A stretch of 64,000 nucleotides of DNA from Eledone cirrhosa (lineage: Eukaryota), in contig OZ024746.1 in the NCBI GenBank assembly GCA_964016885.1, forward strand, positions 73,532,001-73,596,000. Reading direction: 5' to 3'. The position numbers and the translations under genes were made by a program. Under the pieces are notes generated by a model. It made no database searches, was not told the DNA's origin, and saw only the letters and a list, made by a program, of their open reading frames with translations. Of the stretch, positions 38,026 to 51,507 are shown in pieces; positions within the stretch are counted from its first letter, which is position 1; every line of letters begins with the position of its first letter.

Positions 38026-39065
38026 CTGTTAAAATAACAAGAAAATTATTATAAATATAAATATATATATATGCACACACACATACAATTATCCTCATCA
38101 TCATCATTTCCAACCACTTTCTATGCTGGTACAATTAATTCATCACCTAGTTTAAAACCATGACTTGTCCTGTGAAACCATTAGTGGAATCCACTCAACA
38201 GCAAGCCTCTCACTGGTCTTAGTGAGATTATAGAAGTCTGCAGTCATGAAGAAATAAATACACACACACATATATATATATACATATATACAAACACACA
38301 CACATATTGTTGAACCTCCCTCAGTTCCAATAACAACTGTTTCAGTTGTATCATAAACAGAACAAATTCCTTGTGTAATTAGTGTGCAGGTGGTTGAGCA
38401 TTGAGCATTTATGTTTAAAAGTATTGTAGTGAATCTCTCTCAAAAGAGGCTGAACTAAATACATTTCATGACATGTCAGCAATGTGAATTCATGCACAAT
38501 AATTTATTCAACAGCTGTAATTGATCACTAATGACAATGACACATTTCTAGCCTAAAACAGCCTAGTTGGACTTTGCAGTTTTCCAGCCACAGGCACTCA
38601 GTAGCCTGATGGCTTTTCAGTTAACTCAACTCTTGTAGCATGCAAGACAGTCCCACAACATGCCAATTCTGTTAACATATGTTGCTGCTCACAGAATACA
38701 GGACTTCTAACTATGGTGTCATCAACAGAACAAGCCATTCTACATATGCACTCATCAACAGCACAAAACAAGTTATTTTACACCAAGAGGATAAATGCCA
38801 CTTTCCAACATCAATTCTAATCATCTATTAACGAGATTGTTACATTGATGTAAACTTGAACACACACACACATCCACATTCACCTGCATGAACACACATT
38901 TACCTCATACAGATATACATGTATACAAACTCTTTACAAATGCACACATACACACTCATATATATATGCATTCCCAAGCACAAACACACACAAATCTGTT
39001 TATATACTTGATTAATACTCTTTATAGTCCATATCATGTAGTGTTTTGTAAAGAACTGCACTCAC

Positions 39066-39158
39066 CTGTGGGAGATTTCCAATGGAATCATTAGAGTAAT
39101 AATTAGCAACAAGACATGCCCTGAGCCGATCTAGCAGGTGTCGTGTCTGATAGATGGA
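39066..39158 (-). CDS. YEATS2: YEATS2 coding exon 3
   Basis: SIYQTRHLLDRLRACLVANYYSNDSIGNLPQ; LRAC.VANYY motif. Confidence 0.92.
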
Positions 39159-39483
39159 CTGCAAAAAAAAAAAAAAAATACAAATTATAAATATATATAT
39201 ACACAATTTATGTTGTGTGGTTTTCCAATGGGTAGTAAACCATGATATAATAGTAAGAAAAACACTACAATATACAGCTCATCCATTGTAGATGTAGAAT
39301 CCCGTGGCTGGTGCAGGAACAGAGTTAAATATTTATTTAAAACAACAGGAGGCTGGACTGGAAATATTCTTTTAAAGTTTTGATGTTGCAAAAAAACCCT
39401 ATACATATTTCAATGGCCTAGTTATATCATCCAAACATGATGTAAGACCTTGGTGATATTATCAGATGCATATTGCATAATTA

Positions 39484-39659
39484 CCGTATTTCCCAGCACC
39501 AAAGACGCTTCATCCTTGAGAACGCACCCTAATTTTGACAAACCAAAAATTTGAAAAAAAAAAAAACAATTAATAACCTTCAGCCTCCAGGACCCATGGT
39601 AGATTTTTTTAGACTTATTTTAGGAAAAAAAGTAGCATCTTCGGTGTCGGGAAATACAG
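39484..39659. mobile_element. pogo/Tigger-like MITE
   Basis: TIRs CCGTATTTCCCAGCACCAAAGACGCT / AGCATCTTCGGTGTCGGGAAATACAG; TA flanks. Confidence 0.75.
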
Positions 39660-39910
39660 TAGTTAATCAAAAAAAGGATTTACGGCAAATACAAACACAG
39701 AATAGAGAATATACTTGATTTGCAGATTGTAAATCGCAAGAATAACACCAAATTTTGCGGGTCATTGCCGAATCAAGTGTATTTCCTATTCTCGGTAATT
39801 ACTAAAAATGTAATCTTCACTTGGATGATGTAACTTGGCCATTGAAATAGTGTTTTTTGCAACATTAAAACTTTAAAGAGATATTTCCAGTCCAGTCTTC
39901 TGTTGTTTTA

Positions 39911-39940
<30 letters not shown>

Positions 39941-39941
<1 letters not shown>

Positions 39942-41365
39942 GTGAAAAATGGAACGGGAACAAAACAGAGAGGCAGTACGAACAAAGGTTTATTAGTTTC
40001 ACGCTCGAGAGTGGGGGAGGGAGGGGCGTTTCGGGCATAAGCCCTTCTTCAGGCGAAAAGTGTGTGGGAAGAGAGTTCCAAGAGTGTGTAGGGGAGCGGG
40101 GGAGAGACATTTAGAAAAAAGGGGGTGACAGGAAACGGTGGAAGGGGTACAAATGAAAATAAATAGAACATAATAAAAATAAAAATAAACATGAAGATAA
40201 ACAAGTGGTGGAAGGGTGTGGGGCGTGTAGGGGTGGTGGCGGGTGGAGTGGGGAGAGGGAGGCGAGGTGTCCAAGCGGGGAGGGCTGAAGGTGGTGTGTG
40301 TGTGTGTGTGTGTGTATGTGAAAGTTGGGAGAAGAACGGGGTTCCATGTTCAGGAAAAGGTGTGTGTGGGGTGGGGTGTAGGTCGGTGTGTGTGTGTGGA
40401 TGGGGAGAGAGGATTCAGGAGGCCGAGTGTGTAAATATGTGGGGGTACGCATGTGTGTGTGGTATTTATACGTATTGTGGATGTATGTGGCGTGTGGGAA
40501 AAAAAATGTTTGTGAGTGTATGTCCGTGGGTAAGTTCCTAAGGTAGTTCCGTAGAGGGTGTAGTGAGCTGCCGGATATTTTCCTTGTGATGAAGTTGATT
40601 CGTGGGAGCAAGGTCCAATGTGTGTAATCCGTGGTTGGGTTGGTCGGAAGAGGGGAGATGTGGGGTGCGCGCGCAACAGGAAGTGGTCAGAGGGTCAAGG
40701 CAGGAGGGTTGTGTGTCTGTGTGTGCGGAGGTGCGGTGGACAGGGGAGAGGATGGGTAGGTGTGAAAGGTGGAGTGGGGAGGGGGTCGTGCGTGGGGTGT
40801 ATTGGTAGAGGTGTTAGTGGGATGTGTGTGTGTGAAGGGGTGTGGGTGGAGCGAAGAGAAGGAGATAGGTGTGGGGGATGGCGGAGGGAGTGTGGTGTAC
40901 TGGTGTGTGTGTGCGTGTTTGGATGAGTGTGTGTGTGGTGAAGTGGGTGTTAGTATACTGGTGGTGGGGAAAGGGTTGATTGCGAGTGTGTTAGTGGGGG
41001 TCATTGGTGGTAGGATGTGCAGAGTGGGTGGTGTAAGTGGGTGTGTGTGTGTTCGTGTGGTCAGGGGGATGTTAGTGGTATTAGTTGTGGGGTGGTGGGA
41101 ATGGATGTGTGGGTGAGGGTTAGTGGTGGTAGTAGGGTGTGTGGTTAGTGTGAGTGCGTGTATATATGTACCGGTGGGTGTGTGCGTGATAGAGGAAGGG
41201 GGGGGGTGAGAAAAAGGATGTCAGTATTGTTAGTTGGGGGGAGGGTGGTCGAGGATGGGGTGGGGGTGTTAGTCGAAGGCTAAAGGAATAGGGGTGGGGA
41301 GTTCAGGCCGGGGGGGGGGGGGAGTGTGGGTCTGTAGGGTGAAGATGGTGCGTTGTTCGATATAC
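39941..41365 (-). mobile_element. Penelope-like element 3' portion with long low-complexity spacer
   Basis: 41280-41362 reads IEQRTIFTLQTHTP/GLNSP (PLE GIY-YIG C-terminus, frameshift in poly-C); hammerhead-like core at 40027-40052; abuts (TA)n. Confidence 0.7.
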
Positions 41366-41538
41366 AGTAATAATAAATGTGAAGGCTAAAATCAGAAGAG
41401 GGTTTGATAAGGATTATATATATATATATATATATATAAAGGGTGAAAGCAGCGATCTTTGATTAAACTTTAATCTGTTCTTATAATCATCATCATCATT
41501 TTAGGTCTGCTTTTCCCTGCTTGCAAGGGTGGGACATA

Positions 41539-41573
<35 letters not shown>

Positions 41574-43019
41574 AAAGGATATTATAATTCTACATTGATG
41601 AGAGAAATTATTATGTATGATTTACATTGCATTATAATTAGTATCATCATCATCATCATCATCATCATCATTTTACGTCCGTATAGTTTTAAATATTAAG
41701 CATGATAACAACCAATCTGAGACAGATCTCCCCCCCCCCCCCCCCCCCCCAGGCCCATATCACTACTGTATCCTTTACTGGGTGCAAATTATACTAGATT
41801 CTGCTTGGTGTAATTATGCTGTAGAAACTATGAATTATAATATATGGTGTATGATCCTGATCCAGCTGCTGCTTTACTTACTTCCAAAGCTTCCTTCATT
41901 GACATATAACACGACTGTAGTAATATTCAATGACATATATTACTATATAACGTGATAATGTAAGATAATGAATATGTCTAGTGTAATAATGAACGACAGG
42001 TGTTATAGAGTACAGTCACAGGTAATTTGTATTATAAAAATGTTAAGTATACATAACCATTAGATAATATTAGATTTGTGTAATTCATGTTGAAGGAGGC
42101 AAATTGGCAATCGTTAGAACATCGGAGAGAATGCTTTGTGGTATTTGTTTCGCCTCTCTACCCTCTGAGTTTAAATCTCGCCGAGGTCAACTTTGCCTTT
42201 CATTCATTCAAGGTCGATAAAAAAAGTACCAGTCAAATACTGGAGTTGATTCTTCCTCTATATCTCTTTCTCATTTTTCTGTTCTCTTACTGTTTCTTTC
42301 TTTCTCTGGAAGAAATCTGTATTCAAACCTGGAGAGGAGATGGGTTCCACCAGGTTTAAACATGCCCTAGAAATACTGTATATCAATAAGGTGCCTCTAT
42401 GACTCCCTCATAAGTTACAGTACTATGCATGTAATCCATGTTGAATTAGGTAAGACATGACAGCTCAGATTTTCAGGGAAAGAAATAAAGGCTGTTGTCT
42501 CATTCATGACTTACTTAAGATCACTGAATGGAATGATTTTAAACACTTTAAAACATGGTTTTGAATCATAAAAACAGGGCCGTTTTCTGGTAGTTTGTTA
42601 TCAAAGGAGTTATTTTCAAACTCTTTTGATACCAACCCACACAAAACTGCCCTCAATTTCAAAGGGTTCCTATTTAAATTAACCCCACTCCATTCCCCCA
42701 GATAATATTATATAACGATTTTTTGTTAACCCTTTTCATACCAACCTACCTGAGATGATCCCTGGTACTTTGGTACAGAACTGCTATTGTTCATATTTAA
42801 TTTAAATTAAAAACATTTGATCCTAATTTCTATTTAAGAGTCATCTTGTTAAACAATAATCATTAATATTTACTAAAATTAGGCCGAGGTTAACTTTGCC
42901 TTTCATCCTTACGGGGTCAATGAAATAAAGTACCAGTAATGTACTGGGGTATTAGCTGGCTGACCTTGTGCCAAAAGTAGAAATCATTATTAACATTTAG
43001 AGCAATGACTTAAACTTAC

Positions 43020-43117
43020 CTGATCAATACAGTTCAGTTCATTTTCTTTTTCTTGAATCTCAATAGCAATTTGTTTCTGAATTATCTTTTCAATCTTCTG
43101 GATTGTTTCCGCTTTAG
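43020..43117 (-). CDS. YEATS2: YEATS2 coding exon 2
   Basis: AKAETIQKIEKIIQKQIAIEIQEKENELNCIDQ; N-terminal coiled coil; 98 nt. Confidence 0.92.
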
Positions 43118-43599
43118 CTGCAATTACAAAAATTTCTTATAAGTTATGTGTTGTCGGTGTTGTTGGATTTCTGTCATTTCCGACGACAAGTGTTCCAGTT
43201 GATTTAATCAATGTGGCCACATGCTCATGACATTAACGTGTAAGTGGCTGAGCATTCTACAGGTACATGCACCCTTAACATAGTTCTCAGGGAGATTCAA
43301 CATGACACAGTGTTCCTCCCCATCTCACGGTCAATTTTCTACCCATTTGTTTGCTCTCTTCCAACATTTCCCCATGACATAGTATTTTATATATTAACAT
43401 GATAACCACAAGACCTAAATAGGTTTAATGTTCGGCATAGTTTTCTGTAAGAATCTTTTGTTAACAGCAGCTTGATATATTAGAACAGCTTTGATCATAA
43501 GTAGACCAAAGTTGACCAGGGATTCAACTGTAACAACTAATAAATAAAAAAAACAGCTAATTGACATGCACAGCCATGCTGGAAGTGGTATCATGACTG

Positions 43600-44410
43600 G
43601 TGGGTGTAAAATCAGGCGGCTGGAATTTGCAAATGAAACTGGACAGAAGGTGACCTCCAACTTGCACTTGATAGGTTTGATGCCAAGTCCTGCATGGCTG
43701 GAATGAAATTCAGTGCTGCAAAAACTGAGACGTTCATCCTTTCAAAGAGGCCTGTGCAGTGCACTCTACATGTGAATGGAGTTCCACTGAAGCAGGCGGA
43801 GAAGTTCAAGTATCTTGAGGCTGTGTTCACGAATGATAGAAGGCAGAAAGCTGAATTAAGTGCAAGAATTGCAGGAGCTGGTGCAGTAATGTGCTAGCTT
43901 CAGCATTCGGTTATCAGAATAAGGGACGGGACGTAGATGTAAAAGCCAAACTCGCTATCTTCAATTTGGTATTTGTGCCAACCATTACCTATGGTCATGA
44001 ATCTTGGGAAATGACTGAAAGAATCTGATAGTGAATATAAGTGGCCCAAATGGGGTCCCTCCGAAGGGTCTTTGGAGGAATGTTACTTGATAGAGTGTGT
44101 AGCTCGGAGATCAAAGAGTCACTCTAGGTAGAGCTGCTACTTCTCCAAATTGAGAGATCACAACTCCGATACTAAGAGCATGTAGTTAGAATGTCTCAGG
44201 AAAGAGTTGCTGGACAGATTTTATGTCAGGAGACCCAGAGATAGACCATGAGCAAGATGGCTGGATAAAATCCATGAGCATGGCTGGTATCACTAGGGGA
44301 TCCAGCTGGATCAGATGGAGATGGTTGTTTCTGAGAGGACCTGCTAGAAGGAGTGTTTGAGGACTCTTCCCCCATGACCCTCTCAGGAATTAGTGGGCAA
44401 AGAAAAAGAA
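43600..44410 (+). mobile_element. RTE-clade LINE 3' fragment, disrupted
   Basis: AGMKFSAAKTE, EKFKYL, P.ITYGHESW, RMSQERVAGQI motifs with stops. Confidence 0.8.
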
Positions 44411-44479
44411 GAGACTATTTTACTAAATTTCTCTATTCTTGATTATTTTAAACAAGTAATTGAAATATGGACAGACTAT

Positions 44480-44572
<93 letters not shown>

Positions 44573-45018
44573 TAATTTTTACAACCTTTATTTTTTTTAT
44601 GCTTACATATGTTGGATGAGATCCTTTTCTGGCAGGGTTTCTATGGCTGGGTGCCCTTTTTTATGCCAATCCATACCTTATTCTAAGTATGGTACATATT
44701 ACAGGTGCTTATCAAAACTGCTATGCTATAAGACCTATTGTTTATGGTGGAAATAAACAACTGTCATCACAGGCTTTATAAGAAGTATTGATATGTTTAC
44801 AGCGAGTGGTACACACATATACAATGGGCTTCATACAAATTCTCTACTAAATTTACTCACAAGGGTTTGGTCGGTTCAAGGCTTTAGTTGAAGACACTTG
44901 TCTAAGGTGCCATGCAATGGGATAGAACCATGTAGTTGTAAAGTGAACTCCTTAACCACACAGCCATGCTATTCTTGATAGAAATATGTTTGTGAAAGGG
45001 TTAACAAGCTGTACTTAC

Positions 45019-45112
45019 CATCTTTCTCTATAAGTCGTTGTTTCTTATTTTGCTGTTCACTAACATCTTCATAATCAGGGTCAACATTTAAATAGCCACG
45101 CTTACTGCTCAT
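45019..45112 (-). CDS. YEATS2: YEATS2 coding exon 1 (exon spans 45019-45142 including 30 nt of 5'UTR)
   Basis: MSSKRGYLNVDPDYEDVSEQQNKKQRLIEKD; conserved DPDYEDV N-terminal motif; gtaag donor, cag acceptor at 45143. Confidence 0.93.
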
Positions 45113-45595
45113 GTCTGACCTTGAACTTGTCTGACTCACATCCTGAAATCAAAATAAAGCAACACATTTAGAATGACTTTTGTTTTTATTACTTCTCAAA
45201 GATAACACTATCAATTCAATATGCTTCAAGTTGTTTCTGATTTGAGACATTTAATTAAACTAGCTGTGAAACAGTTAGCTGCGGTATAGTACAGTTTATC
45301 TTCATATAGATTTTCTGTTAGTTTACTTAACTTTTTCATTACCAAATTCCTTATAAAATACATCATCATCATCATTGTTGTTTAATATCCTCTTTCCCTG
45401 TAGACATGCCCAGTCCTTGCTAGCAGGGAAAGTGGATGTTAAACAATGATGATGTATTTTATTAGGAATATAGTAATGAAAGAGTGAAGCAAACTAGCAG
45501 CAAATCTACAATTCGATGGGAGACAAATCTACATAAGGATAAACTGTAATATACAACAGCTAGTTTAATTAAATGTCTATATTGTATTTGAATTG

Positions 45596-46435
45596 CCATA
45601 TATACTTGAATATAAGCCAACCCCCTATTTTATGTTTGAGAAATCAGAAAAAATCCAAACCAAGTGTATGAGCTAATCAACACAATATGTTTAGATGGCA
45701 CGGTTATGAAGTTTTAATATTAAGATATTTAAAATGTTTTACATGTTTGTTTAGAGTATAATTTTTGTTTGATATCATCATTACGTAATGAATTTTTTTA
45801 CCATTTCATCTGTTTTAAAAAGTTTCAACAAGCTTCTTGAATTTTTATTTATTTCTGGTCACTCACATACTGGGAATACTTAGCTTTTATTTTTAGCCGA
45901 CAACAATAGCGGCATCTCCTAAATGTAACAGATTTTTTATTTGATTATACACTTCAAAATAAAATGCATGCCTTAAAAAACATTTAATATCGTACAAGTA
46001 TTAAAACTTTAGGTAAATTTTTACAATTACACTCCACCCCCTCACTCAATTAACTCAAAAAGAATAATTTCCAACTGTTTTGAAGGCCATATTCATACAA
46101 AACACCAAAATCAATAGGAAAAACAAATTTCATCTCCAAAGTGAAACCGTGAGCATGCCCGTATGTATAGGGGATAAAAATTTGTGGAGAATGTTCTCAA
46201 GGGAATGCACCAATAAATCACAATGTAGTAAATGTAGAAAAACAGTGTTTCATTGTAAAATAATCACTCTAGACATTTAAGCACCTTATTTATTTAGAAT
46301 TTGAAGTTGGTAAAAATTGGCCAAACATTGACCTCGATTATAAGCTGGCCTCCCATTTGGTGGTAAAATGGGAGGCAAGCTTATAATCGAGGTCAGTGTT
46401 TGGCCAATTTTGGGCTTATGTACGAGTATATATGG
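45596..46435. mobile_element. pogo/Mariner-type non-autonomous DNA transposon
   Basis: TIRs CCATATATACTTGAATATAAGCC / GGCTTATGTACGAGTATATATGG; TA on the right side. Confidence 0.7.
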
Positions 46436-49400
46436 TAATTAATAAATTTGAAGGGATTTACTAAAATTATTAATTATTTCATTACTAAAATGGCATTGGT
46501 AATGTAATTTAACAAAAGTTTCTTATATCACATAATGCTGAGGGTTTTAAAATGGGTGGTTTTGTTTCATTAAAGCCAGAGGCAGTCTTGGGCAGGTTGG
46601 TATTAAAAGGGTTAGCATTGTAACTTTCAAACTATATGTTCCAGTGTTTGATATTGGTTCAGTGTGAGGTTAAACACTGTCAAACAATATGCTTCAGTGT
46701 TTGACATTGGTTGAATCATTACTAGATATTCTATTGATAGTTCAGCCTCCCTGCTATGGAAGGAAATATTGTCATGATCAACAACTAAAAACATAACTGA
46801 AAATTCAGAAGTTCCTTTTGATTAGCAAGTATAAAAAGAAGTAGAGCTCACAGTCTTTTTGGGCTCTCATTGAGTAAGAGGTAAAGATAACTGGGTTTTG
46901 TTTTGCAATGTTTTGGAAGGAGTAAAAAATAAATAAAAAACACACACACACACTAAAATCTATCAAACAGACTAACTTGTTTTGAATGGTCCTGAATGTG
47001 ATTGTCAGATGGGTACATCATCCTGAGTGAATGTATAGCAATATAGTGCAGGGTACAATTGAGCATTGTATAGGGTTAATAAAAAAATACAGCTAAATCA
47101 TTAAGAGAGTGGATAACCAATCAAAAGGTCAGCAATTTTTATATCATCATTAATGCTATAAAGAACTGATGGTCAAGACACATAACTCAGAATAGCTTAG
47201 TCCATCTAGCTGCAAGCAGAACTCATCATCAAACAGTTAATAAAATGTGTAAAACAGAATAAGTCTGTATGCTATGAAAAGAAGTCAATTCTAACATCTC
47301 AATCTAGGCCTTACTTTATATGAAAAATGAGAACTGTGTTGGGTGACTCTGAATGAAGTTGAAGGATGTAAGACAAATATACGGCAAGATGACCAGGTAG
47401 TTGGGTCCATGAAAGAATGCCAATGGTCAGTCATGTTGTGTGAAAAAAAATGTGGAAAAGGTAAATAATACAAAGAATCTCCCTCTATATATATGCATAG
47501 AGGCACAACATATGCAAGTATGAATATTCAGTAACACATACAAGCAGACAGAAGGTTACATTACTATATATTTACTATTGTATTTTCACAGTAAGGGCTT
47601 TATCTCACATAACATTGAATATATGAGATTTTGATATTACTTATTTGAGAACAATACCTTAACATCAGTATGAGTGGCTGGTTACAGCCAGTTTGAACAG
47701 AAAGAGGTCAGAGAATCCTGGCTGGATATGGCCAGTTTAAATGCTAAAGGGTTAGTTATTATTATTTAGCTGAATGTCAACCTCAATAAAGTAGACCTAT
47801 GACTGAAGGTATTCCAGTTAAGTTTCATTTATCTCCTATACAGTATATCTAGAAATACATTACTGAATTACTTCTCTTTTCTAGACTTAGAGTGTGATTT
47901 GAGGGAGTTTTAACTGCTATTTCTAAGAGATGGAGATACATGATAGTAGTTATACCTAGACTTGTATATTACACATGTAAGATGTAGCATCATTTTCTCT
48001 TACTTTTCAGCATCATTTACAGACCTCTCTTACATTTGGCTATAAATATCTGTCAGAAATATAGAGGTTGAAGAGTTTGGTGAGGAGAGATGTCAACTAA
48101 GGTCTAGAACTTCACAGTAATGTTGTAACATCTTGAGATTTTGTTAAACATTTTGGCTTGGTTGTGTTCTAGAGATGAGGAAGTGGTTTAGAGTTTTCAA
48201 AATGTGACAAAATTGAACAGGCACATAAATGGGAGAAGAGACTACCAGCTGCTCAGGCTGTAGAAAATTTAGCCTCTGCACAAGCCAAGTCAATTTGGAT
48301 AGAATAGAAGAGATATGATTTCTGGTTACTGAAATTACTAAGAACAACTTCTGAGAAGGTTGGTCATAGTATATGCTATCGAATGAGTTAGTGAGTGAGA
48401 TTGGGAAGCAGTAAAGACAGTAGATAGCAGTCTTAGAGTTAGAGGATCAATTAAATTTTCAGCAAGCAAAGCCAAATATGAGAGAAGAGTAGGAGAGTAA
48501 ATTCAATGTAAACTACTTAGTTTGGTACAGAAATTATAAACTGGACAGTATTATTGTTTTCCTTCTTTAGATAATACAATACTTTTCGTTAGATTTGTTA
48601 TTAGGAGAAAGGGAAGAGGAAACAGAGACTCAAGAGTTACAGGTGAGTGATATGTTGGTCTTTATAAAGAACCAGGCTGAAAATTAGTGGTCTAAGAGAG
48701 TGCTCGTGTTATCATCATCATCATCATCATCATCAACGTTTAACGTCCGTGTTCCACGCTTGTATTTGCTTATCATGTACCAACTGAAGGGCTACTTGAA
48801 GATAAAATGTGGATCAGATAGAAGAATACGAAGATAATGTTAATTTTAATACCACTGATATACAATATATACATACACAGGTAAATAATAAGTGCATATA
48901 ATTTAATACAAATACCACCCATAATGTTCTGAGAAAGCTGGTTTATGCGTGCAAAGAACTTGTAAAGGTAATAATATACAATGAGAAAAAACAACAAATG
49001 TTTGTCAATAAAAAAAATTTGATTACAACTAGCAACTAGCTCTGAACTTTAATTTCTTATTAATATAGTTAATAATGTTTTTCTCTTCTTTGGCCAATGG
49101 TTAAAGTGGAGAACTATTTTCTCTCAAAAGATGAGTACAAATTAATTTAGTGGCATGAATTAAACTTATATTAACAGAATTCAGAAAATACTAGCAATGA
49201 AATACAGTATGCAGCTAGGCTCAGATGGTTGACACCTCTTACTTGCAGTGACATTCTGGAAGATGAATGATATGTCTTTTTAAACATGGTAGAGACTCAC
49301 ATATGTATTTATTATTTTACATACAGCTTGAGCTGTGGGACAAACCTATCATTAGCTGTCAACAGATCTTAATGATCTCAGCATCTTCTGATAGTATTGA

Positions 49401-50164
49401 TTCTCTAGTGGTACTAAGAAGCCTTAACCCTTTCCAGCTGATTCTGGTAGAATTTGAACTTAGAACGCAGAGGAATGAAACTAAATATTGTAATGTATTT
49501 ATTCCAGCACTGTATCTGTCACTCCCCTAATCTTGCTCTGCTGTATCCCACCAGAGATGGCATGAACCATGACTAAACTTAGGTATAATATTGAGGGAAC
49601 ATATTAAGAGGTGCAGATGACCAAAACTGTACTAAATAAATTTAAGTACCTATTTTATCCCTCTATAATAATAAATGTGAATTTCTGTGTATGTGTGTTT
49701 ACATGGCTTTCTGGCTTCAGCAAATATAAGTTTTGTACTTAAGTATTAAAGTAAATAAACCACAACATTAAATGTCCTTGCAAGTTTGTATTTTACTCAT
49801 GTCACCGAGCAAGGCTGTTTCAATCAACCCTCTACTTATTACTGGTTCTGTCTAATGAAGTTGGAAGTCATTATTTTGTATGGGGTCGATAAAATAAAGT
49901 ACCAGTAATGTACTGGGTAATTGATGGCCTTGTGCCAAAAGTAGAAACAATTATTTTGTATGTATTAAATAAATCACAAGATGAAATATGCTGGTTCTAG
50001 TTCATCTCATTTGGATGTCAAAATGTAGTTTTCTCCTTTTCATACAATTGTATACATTGATAGATACATTATGAAACACACACACACAAATTACTAACAG
50101 AAAACCATGCTGAGGGTAGCATTAATGCTAGTAATATATTGGTTAAGTTAGTGTAAGCATAAAA

Positions 50165-51030
50165 GGACATTTTTCATAGCAAAGCAGGCCCCACGACAAG
50201 CTTCTCCATTTTGCCCTTACCAACCCCCTAGCTTTCATTTCCTCCTACTTCAACTTTAACCATGCCTTCCTTGGTGTCCACCTTCCTCTAATTCCTTCCA
50301 TATTCATTCCCATCCCTCCTCCCACCCAGTTACTTTCATCCTTCCTCAACACATGACCTAACCATCATACCCCATTTCTCTTCACAACATTCATCACAAG
50401 CTCTCATCCCAATATCCTCTGGAATTTATTGTTTTCCTCTCCCTCAGTGATACTCCACTCAATTACTAGATCATTCTCATTTGCCTTCTCTGATGTTCCA
50501 TGTTCACCATCCATGCCTCACTCCCATAAATCACAAGAGTTCTCACACATGCAGCATACACCTTTCCATTCAGTTACACCCTGCTTTCCCATTAGCATGC
50601 AACTCAGTCCCTTGAGCTTCTTCCATGCACATCTCACACTATTCACTATTGCAAACTCTGATCCACCCTCTCCAAAGATAACAAAACGTTTTCACACTCT
50701 CCATCTTCATACCATACCAAATATCCAGCTCAACATCTTCTCCATATATACTTCACACATAAATGTGACTGCCACATTGTTTAATAATCCCTTCACAACA
50801 CTACATTTTAATGTACTCACTTTGTGCATATTGTACAATTAATGGAGTTCACTCCAACACTCTTTCTGTACACTGCAACCTTCTTGTTCTTTCCTGCTTC
50901 CCACTTGCCATCACATACATCTTCATATCTTTTGCCCCCATACATTCCTTCCACCTATCATCTTCTCTTTCAGTCCATCTATACTCTGTGCTATTAACAC
51001 AAGATCATCTGCCCACAGCAACTCCCATGG
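50165..51030 (-). mobile_element. Decayed RTE-like LINE 3' fragment
   Basis: Minus strand shows L.WAD, YLWRG and GHVLRK..RRKVD-like remnants; pyrimidine-rich plus strand typical of an antisense LINE. Confidence 0.55.
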
Positions 51031-51338
51031 TAAACCCTCCTTTACACTTCAGGCAAGTACCTAGGTTCATTAATATTTTAGGCTCCAATCTGAAAAATAT
51101 TCCTCCAAATTCTATAAATATTTCAGTTAAATACACCTTTCTTACATTAAAGTGAATGCATGGTTCCTGTGTGGTTAAAAATGTGTTTACAATCACATGG
51201 TTCCAGGTTTGATTCTATTGCATGATGCCTAGGACAAGTTGCTGCTACTATAACTCGATTGTTAGTAAAATTGAGATGAAAAACAGTACTTGTTCTTTGG
51301 TCATTGATTTAAACCATCACTACCACCAGGTCCTAGAG

Positions 51339-51507
51339 CAACATTTCTCAACCAGTGTTCCCTGGAACCCTAGGGTTCCATGAGAAACAGTGATAAATAA
51401 GCTAATGCATATTAATAATGGTATATAATAATTTTTATGCAGGGGTTCCCTGAGACATGTAAACTATTTCAAAGGTGTCACGAGGCTAAAAAAGTTGAGA
51501 AACGCTG
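51339..51507. mobile_element. hAT (Charlie/MER5-like) MITE
   Basis: TIRs CAACATTTCTCAAC / GTTGAGAAACGCTG; partial TSD tcct. Confidence 0.65.

Noticed and set aside
39865-41116. Cluster of overlapping His/Thr/Pro- or Val/Cys/Gly-rich ORFs
   Set aside because: Low-complexity (GT)/G-rich DNA lacking stops inside a Penelope-like element
46080-46280. Cys-containing ORF faintly like a piggyBac C-terminal cysteine-rich domain
   Set aside because: Too degenerate to call; lies inside a non-autonomous element
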